Assembly (NCBI GenBank): GCA_030770535.1
Contig: JASVEC010000024.1
Span: 744,001 to 804,003, forward strand
DNA: 60,003 bases
Direction: 5' to 3'
Source: Batkoa obscura
Taxonomy: Eukaryota
In this document: piece after piece, positions 52,122-60,003 of the stretch
Numbering within the stretch: position 1 is the stretch's first letter
Layout of the letters: each line of letters starts with the position of its first letter
Notes under the pieces: model-generated
The model's input: only the letters and a program-made list of their open reading frames with translations
Told to the model about the DNA's origin: nothing
The model's database searches: none
Position numbers and translations under genes: made by a program

Positions 52122-55100
52122 TTAATTTTCTTTAGTTGGTAATTCAAGATAAACCATTAAATTATTGGCTTGTGGTGAACTAGAAACATAAGTAGTAGCA
52201 TCTTTATCACCTAAAGCTTCAAATACTTCGCATCCTTTAATTAAGGATTTGAAACTAGCTTTATTTGCTTCAAGAGCTTCAGCTATTTTACCATCAACAG
52301 TAGAATAATAAACTATAAAATAAATGTAAACAAATATAAATATATATAGTAATATTATAACTTACCTTTAACTTCTCCCTTGGTTATACCGTTATCAGCT
52401 AGTAAAGATCTAGCTGATTTAACAGCAGAATAGGCGGATTCAAACAAAGCATCAGCTTCTGAATTTTCATAAGTAGTTTCACCGACTGGGAAGGAAGCGA
52501 TACAAATAGAAGGAACTTTATCATCAGTTCTACGAGGAAGTCTTTGATATAGTTCTTCGGTAAGGAAAGGCATAAATGGATGGAGAAGTTTTAATCCACC
52601 TTCTAAGCAAATGCAAAGGGTATCTTGCATTGAACGGCGTTTGCTTTCATTTTCTGGACTTAAATCAGTTACTACTGGTTTCATCATTTCAACAAATACA
52701 TCACATAATTCATATAACCAGAAATTATAAACAGCGTTTGTAGCATTCATGAAATTACGCTCTTCAAGCGCTTTATTAGTTTCAATGGCAGCGATATTAA
52801 AACGATTCAAAATCCATTTTTCAACTAAAGATTCTTCGCCAGTAGCCTAAAAAAATTAATAAATCATAACTAATAATATTAATTTAAATTACTTTAGGAT
52901 CAGATCTAGGAATGAATTTTTCATCTAAACGCATAAGAGCAAATCTAGTTACATTCCATAATTTATTACAGAATTTTCTATATCCAACAACACGCAAGAT
53001 ATCCAAATTAATATCACGACCTAATTTAATTTAGTTTAAACTTTATATATGGTAATTATTATTTACCTGCAATAGGATAAGCACACAGTGCAAAACGAAG
53101 AGCATCAGTACCACATTCTGGGATACCATTAGGGAAATCTTGTTTTTGGCCTTCTTTAGCTTTTTTAACTTCTCTTGGGTCTAAGTTACCCTTTTCTAAT
53201 TTAACACCTAGCTCTTCTAAAGTAATACCCTCAATAACATCAACAGGATCAATAACATTTCCTAATGATTTTGACATTTTACGGCCATGAGCATCACGAA
53301 TCATAGCATGACATAAAACTTCTTTAAAAGGTACTTGGCCGGTTAATTTAATACCCATCATTACCATCCTAGCTACCCAAAAGAATAAGATATCCCAACC
53401 AGTTTCAAGTAATGAATTTGGATAATATAAAGATAAATCTTTTGTTTGTTCTGGCCATCCAAAAATAGAAAATGGCCATAAACCAGATGAAAACCAAGTA
53501 TCTAACACATCTTCATCTTGCTCTAATTTAATATTTGGTCCAAATTTACTAGTAGCTCTTTCTAAAGCTTCTTCATAACTACGTCCAACAATCCAATATT
53601 GACTATCATCTGTATTTTGTTCTTTACCTTCAATTTTAACAAAATAAGCTGGTGCACGATGTCCCCACCATAATTGACGAGAAATACACCAATCTTGAAT
53701 ATTTTCTAACCAACGGAACCATTCACGTTCTGAAGCTTTTGGTAAAATATTGAGTTGACCATCTTCAACGGCTTTAATAGCTTCAGCGGCCATTTCTTTA
53801 CAATTAACCCACCATTGTGGTTTTAATAAAGGTTCAATAACATCTCCAGAACGAGAGCAAATTGGTACAACCATAGGATTATCTTTAGTTTCTATAAATA
53901 GATTCTTTTCTTTCAAAGCTGCTAAAACTGCTTTACGGGCATGGAATCGCTTTAAACCTTGGAATGGTGCAGCATTTTCATTAAATGTACCATCGTCATT
54001 TAAGATATTAATATTTTCTAAATTATGACGTTTACCAACTTCGAAATCATTGAAATCATGAGCTGGTGTAATCTTTACTGCACCAGTACCGAATTCCATA
54101 TCAACTGCAATACTATCACAAACAATTGGAATACGACGACCGTTGAAAGGATGAATGACATGTTTACCATGTAAATGTTTATATCTTTCATCATCTGGAT
54201 GAATGGCAACAGCAGTATCACCAAGCATAGTTTCAATACGTGTAGTTGCAACAATAATTTTTTCTTCAGTATCTTCAACTTGATAAGCAAAAGAATGAAT
54301 AGCCCCAAATTGGAATTTTTCTGACTCATCATAACCTGGGACATTCAACCAAGTAGAACCTGTTAACTCTTTATTTTCTACTTCTAAATTAGAAAGAGCA
54401 GTGTTGAGATGTACACACCAATTGACTAATCTCTTAGAACGATAGATAATACCTTCATCATGTAATCTAACAAATGCTTCAATCACAGCTTTGTTAAGTT
54501 CAGGGTCCATAGTAAACTTAGCACGTTCCCAGTCATAAGAGCCACCCATACGTTTGAGTTGGGTATAGATATGACCACCATATTGCTCTTTCCATTCCCA
54601 AACTTTATCAACAAAAGCTTCTCTACCTAAGTCATGCCTTGTTTTCTTTTCTTGCCTATAAAGATTTTTTTCAACAACGGACTGACAACTGATACCAGCA
54701 TGATCACAACCTGGATTAAATAAAACAGTTTTCCCAAGCATTCGATTCCAACGAATCAAAGCATCTTGAATAGCTACAGTTAATGCATGGCCAATATGCA
54801 AACTACCAGTTACATTTGGTGGTGGAATAGGTATTATAAAAGCCCCCTCTGGTTTAATTTTACCATCTTCAGTAAGTTGTGGTTTGAAAAAACCTTCTTT
54901 TGCCCACCAATCATACCAAGCTGATTCAACTGCAATGGCGTTATAAGTGGACTCCAATGGCTCAGACAAATCTTTTTGAACTTAATAAAAATATCAATTT
55001 TATAGATTAATAAATACCTTTTTTATCTCCAGGTTTTGTTTTATTAACAAAAGCTACCTTTTCTTTTGTTTTTTTACTGTCAGTCTTATCCTTTTTTTTA

Positions 55101-55327
55101 GTCTAACTAGAGTTAGTTTAAAAGTACAGCCATAGTTATGATGAACTTACACTTTCCGCTTTAGCAGCTTGAGCAGCTTGTTTAGCAGCTAATTTTTCAA
55201 GTTTAGCTTTACGTTTTGCTTCGTTTTTAGCGGCGTTTTTAGCAGCTTTGTCAGCAGCGGTTTGATCACCAGCAACTTCTTCGGCTGAAGTAGGATTTAA
55301 TTTTGTTTCTTCTTTAGGATTTGACAT
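52122..55327 (-). CDS. VAS1: Valyl-tRNA synthetase, cytosolic type (multi-exon)
   Basis: [37 protein letters not shown]; last exon ends [10 protein letters not shown]. Confidence 0.97.
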
Positions 55328-56128
55328 ATTGAAAATGGCCAATTTTTTTATTCAAAACTTTTTTGATTTTATGATACTCTATTTTGAGGAATTTTATTGG
55401 ATTGATTCTTAAACTTCATCTGCTAATTCTTTAAGTATTCGCAGCTTTGCAAAGTTAGAAATTCAATTTTTTAGACCTTTGGTAATTTGAGTCATTTTAT
55501 GTAATAAAGGTTCAATATGTATGTATTATAATTGAGTATCATCAATGTCTATATTTTTTTATCTCAAGTCTATTCAAGTAATACGTATGAATGTTTCTAG
55601 TGATAGATTTAAATATATAGATTCAAATAAAGCTATGTGAAATTTATAAACAGGGTTTTGTTTTGTTAATAAACATTTATAAATATTATTATATAAAAAA
55701 TTGCGTTATAGAAGTCACAAAGAGTTTTTATAAAAATACTATAATCTTCTAAAGGCAAAACCAGATGCTTTAATAATTAAGATATGAATAAAGATATAGA
55801 ATACACTTTATTTGCCATAATTTCAAATTATAGCCTTTTCTCTTCATTGTAATATTAAATATTAGAATTTTATGTTTTAAGCAAACTTTATTTTATATAA
55901 ATTTTTTTAGACGAAAAAATCAAAATTTTAATCAAACTTATTTATATAACAAATAAATTACAAAAATTAACAAAATTTAGTAGAGATTATTTAAAAAATT
56001 CTATTTTTTCACAATGTAATTTTTATTGTTAATAACAATAGCTCAAAAGTAAAAAAATATAAAGTCAAAAACTGATTAATATAAATAGTTTTAGAAATAA
56101 ATCAATATAGTATTTAATTTTAATGATA

Positions 56129-56552
56129 TAAGGATATATTTTTATGTTTAAGAATTTTACTAGTGGGGATGTATTTTTGTGTTTAAGAATTTTACTAACA
56201 ATCTTTCTAAAATAGCGCTTAAAAAATGGAAAAGTAATGAAATCAAAAAAAACATCCCCAGTAATTTTTCCACTCAAATAGCGCTTAAAAAATGGAAAAG
56301 TAATCAAATCAAAAAAAACACTCCCATATGGTGATGTTTTTTTTGATTTGATTACTTTTCCATTTTTTAAGCGCTATTTAAGCGGAAAATTTGTTGGTAA
56401 AATTCTTAAACACAAAAATACATCCCCATATATTACTTTAAATAAAAATACAAGAGTATGTTTTTTTGGTTTCATTACTTTTTCCATCTTTTAAGCGCTA
56501 TTTGAGTGGAAAAATTGTTAGTAAAATTCCTAAACACGAAAACACAGCCACA
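56129..56552. mobile_element. Cluster of four MITE-like copies: outer 56129-56326(+), nested 56164-56260(+), 56329-56428(-), ~56452-56552(-)
   Basis: Repeated consensus cores and TGGGGATG/CATCCCCA ends. Confidence 0.85.
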
Positions 56553-57150
56553 TAAGCTATTTAATAATTTAGAAAAATTTCAACTGAAAATACTGATTTA
56601 TTATAAATTTTATACATTAAAACATTAAAATATAAAATTTTTATTAATAAAATAATTTTACTTTTTATATAATAGCAATATTCATAATAGATAGCTATTA
56701 TGCTTTTGCTAACTTTTAATTAGCTTGTATATAAAAATTCGGCTTTAATAGAATTAATAAAGTGTTTATTTAATAGCATAATATTGGAATTTTATATCAT
56801 AAATATATTAATTAAAATATTTAAAATTATATTTGTTCTAATGTTGAGCAATCATGAATAAACAATAAAACACTAATAGACATAGCACCAATTTATGTTA
56901 TTATAGCCAAAGAGTAGTAATAAATTAGTGATAATAGGTCAAAAACTTATTAGCTGAATTAGTCAATCATCAATTGCTATTATTGCCTATGTACTACTAA
57001 ATATTATATTTTGACAACTGAATATTTGATTTTCTTTATAACAAAAATAATAAGAAGCTCATTAATTTGTATTTTTTATTTAATTTGTATTATTCAATAT
57101 GTCATTTGACTTTAAAGTATGGTAGAATTTATAAAAAATTTATTATTATA

Positions 57151-57249
57151 TGAGGATGTATTTTCTTGTTTAATAATTTTACTAATAATTTTTCCTCTCA
57201 AATTGCATTTGAAAAACGGAAAAAATGATGAAACCAAAAAATACCCCGA
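57151..57249 (+). mobile_element. MITE-like element, diverged
   Basis: TA|TGAGGATG...ATACCCCGA|TA. Confidence 0.75.
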
Positions 57250-57369
57250 TATCATTTAATTGGTATTTAAAAAAGCTTATAAATTCCTCAAATAAATTTA
57301 AATTAGTAAAATAAGAATCACCTGTCAATGATTAAAATTGCAAGGTTAACACATTTATTTATAAATGTT

Positions 57370-57467
57370 TGAGGATGCTTCTTTGATTTCATCACTTTTT
57401 CCATTCTTTTAAGCATTGTTTGAGCGAAAAGATCATTATTAAAATTAAATAAAAAAATACACCCCCA
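57370..57467 (-). mobile_element. MITE-like element, diverged
   Basis: TGAGGATG...CACCCCCA with the reverse consensus core. Confidence 0.7.
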
Positions 57468-58143
57468 TTTGAAAATTTTTTATAATTTAAGAATAAGTAA
57501 TAAAACAATCTTATAAAAAGAACCTTTTAAACAAAGTATTGAGCTGGCCCTATTTCTAGTCTTTGGGCTAGCACATACCTTAAAAAGTATTATAAGGTGT
57601 TTATTTATTCAAAGTATCATGGATGTAAGGAACTTTAATTTAACCATAACTGTAGAGGTTTCATCTATATGAACTTTACTTTGAAGATTCTTTTCGTTTA
57701 TAAAAACCATATTACTTTAAGATCTTGCTTTCTAAACTCATCCGCCCCCTTTACCTTATTGTATGGTTGGCAGAATAGTTATTTAGATCAGATATTGCAA
57801 TAGCTGGGTTTGAGGGTTCCTAAGGTTAATGTATACAAAAAAATCAGGAGTATAGTTTCTAAATTATGTTTTGCTAATTCTATAGACTACCGTTGTTTCA
57901 GACTAGCAGTTTGGAGCTATTGCTCTTTATGTCAAATTAGCCACTTAAACTTTCCAAAGTATTCATAATTTTTAAAGAATACATAAATAATTGAAATTAA
58001 GGTGTTTATCAAGTTTTTTAATTGAATTCTAATAATCGAGTTCAAGGCATATGTCTTAGTTTAATCCACTAACGAAAATACTTGCTTTATAAAGTATAAT
58101 ATAAAAAAATTGAAATTACACAACTTTTATTAATTAAAATAAA

Positions 58144-58779
58144 TTAAATATTGGCAACTTGCCCTGATGATTGACCAATGCTAGGATTTATTGAATTTGG
58201 ATTACCAATTGAAGCTTCAATCATTTTAATTTCATCTTCTAGTTTAAACGATGGTACCAATGAAGAAAATGAATAATTTGGATATAAAAACGAAAACACA
58301 ACAAATCCAAATCCAAAGAATATAAAGCTCAATAAAGACGCTATCCCATACCATGTAATTGATAGTGTTACAAAGCTAAAGCTGATAAAGTTAATTAAAA
58401 TCATATTATATTATATCAGATAATAATAATTACAATATATAAGCTGATAAAATGATATTAGTATATACTATCAATATGTATATATTTAATTTACCAAGTC
58501 CTCTTCCCATGGGCTTCTTAATGAATCTAAAGTTTCGTTTAAACATAGCTTCAATGCTACCGATTTCGGTAGCTAATAAAAATAAAGAGAATGATCTTGA
58601 TTATTAGTTGCATGGATATAAACTAAGACTTTTAATACTTACAAACAATAAATACTTTCGACAATTCCAGTTCTGTCAAAATTTATATACAACAAACAAT
58701 AATGAACTGCATGGGCAAACAGTAATAGTGAAAATAACACATTTATAATAGAAGCAACAACGCAAACAATGGTACTCAT
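58144..58779 (-). CDS. COPI-associated/Tvp15-like 4-TM protein (paralogue 2, three introns, 10-nt micro-exon)
   Basis: MSTIVCVV...ESIYCL|SFSLFLLATEI...PMGRGL|AYI|FFSFV...WYGIASL. Confidence 0.75.
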
Positions 58780-59107
58780 TAAGAATAATTAATCAAAAAA
58801 CAAAAGTGAAAAAGTATACTATAATATAAAGATTTATATACATGAACTAAAATCAAGTTAGGAACAATAAATTTTATTTAATAGTAGTAAGTTTTTTTGT
58901 TCATCTATTGGGTTTTAATTTTTCCTATTTTAAAGTGCGCTGTCTTCTTTTTTTATTATGATTTCTATCTTTAGTTAAAAAATCCTTGGCAAGAATATGC
59001 CAAGAAATAATAATCATGAAAAATATCTGTCTACATATTTTCAAAAAGTAATTTGCACGACTGTTCTTATAAATGGAATAATAATAGTTTATTTATTAAG
59101 CTGGAGA

Positions 59108-59738
59108 TTAGCTAGGAACTGTAATAACTTCAGGCGCTGTAGGGGTTATAGTACTGACTGGGTTATCATCGCCCGTATAATCGGATATATTACTAGTTAA
59201 AGATGGTATAATAGGATAATAAGTGGAGTCTGGTATTAAAAAATGAATAAAAATAGATAAAGCCCCGAACATAATTAATAATATCAAACTCAGGATACCA
59301 TACCATGTAGTAGTAAGAGTTATCAAACTAAAGCTAAAAATGAGTTAATATATGAGTACTTATATGCTGAAGACTTAATGAATTACAATAAATAAGCTAT
59401 ATAAAAAATGAGTTAATAAGTTACAAATCAAATTCAATGTATTCTTACTTAATCCTCTGCTTAATGGAAACTTCATAAATTGAAAATAAACAACATAAAT
59501 ATTCTGGATACTTTCGACTTCAAATCCAATTAAGAATGCTGAAAATATACTAACAAATTAGAGACATAACATTAATACATAGCAATGAGTAAAATTCTTA
59601 CAGGCAATAAATGCCTTGTATTACACCAATAGCATTGAAACCATTGTAGTTAATCCAATAATTAAAGGCGTGGCAAATTAGTATAATAGAACAAAATAAA
59701 TTGACTGCTGAGGTTATAAAGTAAAACTTTGTAGTCAT
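59108..59738 (-). CDS. COPI-associated/Tvp15-like 4-TM protein (paralogue 3, three introns, 10-nt micro-exon)
   Basis: MTTKFYFI...QGIYCL|IFSAFLIGFEV...PLSRGL|TYL|FFSLI...WYGILSL. Confidence 0.75.
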
Positions 59739-60003
59739 AGTTAAGCAAAAGGCTGTAATTAAAATATCAAAAATAATTGTCTTATGTATTTTATTTATAA
59801 TCTATAATATATGCTTTTTCTAACCAAAGATATTTTAAAGCTCATTTAATAAGACTACTTGGCAATCCAAACTCTGTATGCCAAGATGAATAAAAGGATT
59901 TCATAGTTTTCTATTATAGAAATTCCCACAAAATTATGATAGGAAGCGGGAAAATAACAGCAAAGGTGTTTATATAAAAAAATTATAAATTGTAATAAGC
60001 TAA

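Noticed and set aside
56065..56307. 80 aa ORF with a repeated ITFPFFKRY peptide
   Set aside because: Translation artefact of nested MITE copies
56129..56552. Repeat cluster as a CRISPR-like array
   Set aside because: No regular repeat-spacer period, mixed orientations, eukaryotic context and no cas genes

Overview
A very AT-rich, gene-dense eukaryotic window with short (mostly ~45-75 nt) GT-AG introns. The gene set (YPD1, MET22, MSC2-like, tomosyn with an R-SNARE tail, a secreted trypsin) points to an early-diverging fungus, possibly Conidiobolus-like; that assignment is inference only. About 22 protein genes can be reconstructed. Trafficking: tomosyn/Sro7, SEC10, GOT1, KXD1-like, DOP1 and three COPI-associated/Tvp15-like paralogues. 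Mitochondrial: AIM41, CMC2, MRPS12. Others: MET22, YPD1, a CDF zinc transporter, ValRS, a DH-domain RhoGEF, a trypsin and a DUF4436-like membrane protein. Main highlights: (i) a ~2.2 kb inverted duplication of an Mps1-like predicted pseudokinase, with mosaic divergence and a nonsense codon in one copy; (ii) a ~100 bp MITE-like family (TIR TGGGGATG...CATCCCCA, ~15 copies) that nests in itself and forms a palindrome; (iii) a DUF4436-like protein whose motifs resemble a circularly permuted Cys-loop/Pro-loop channel subunit; (iv) a 10-nt micro-exon present in two Tvp15-like paralogues, with both flanking introns precisely absent in the third. Gene models were spliced by eye and no database searches were run.
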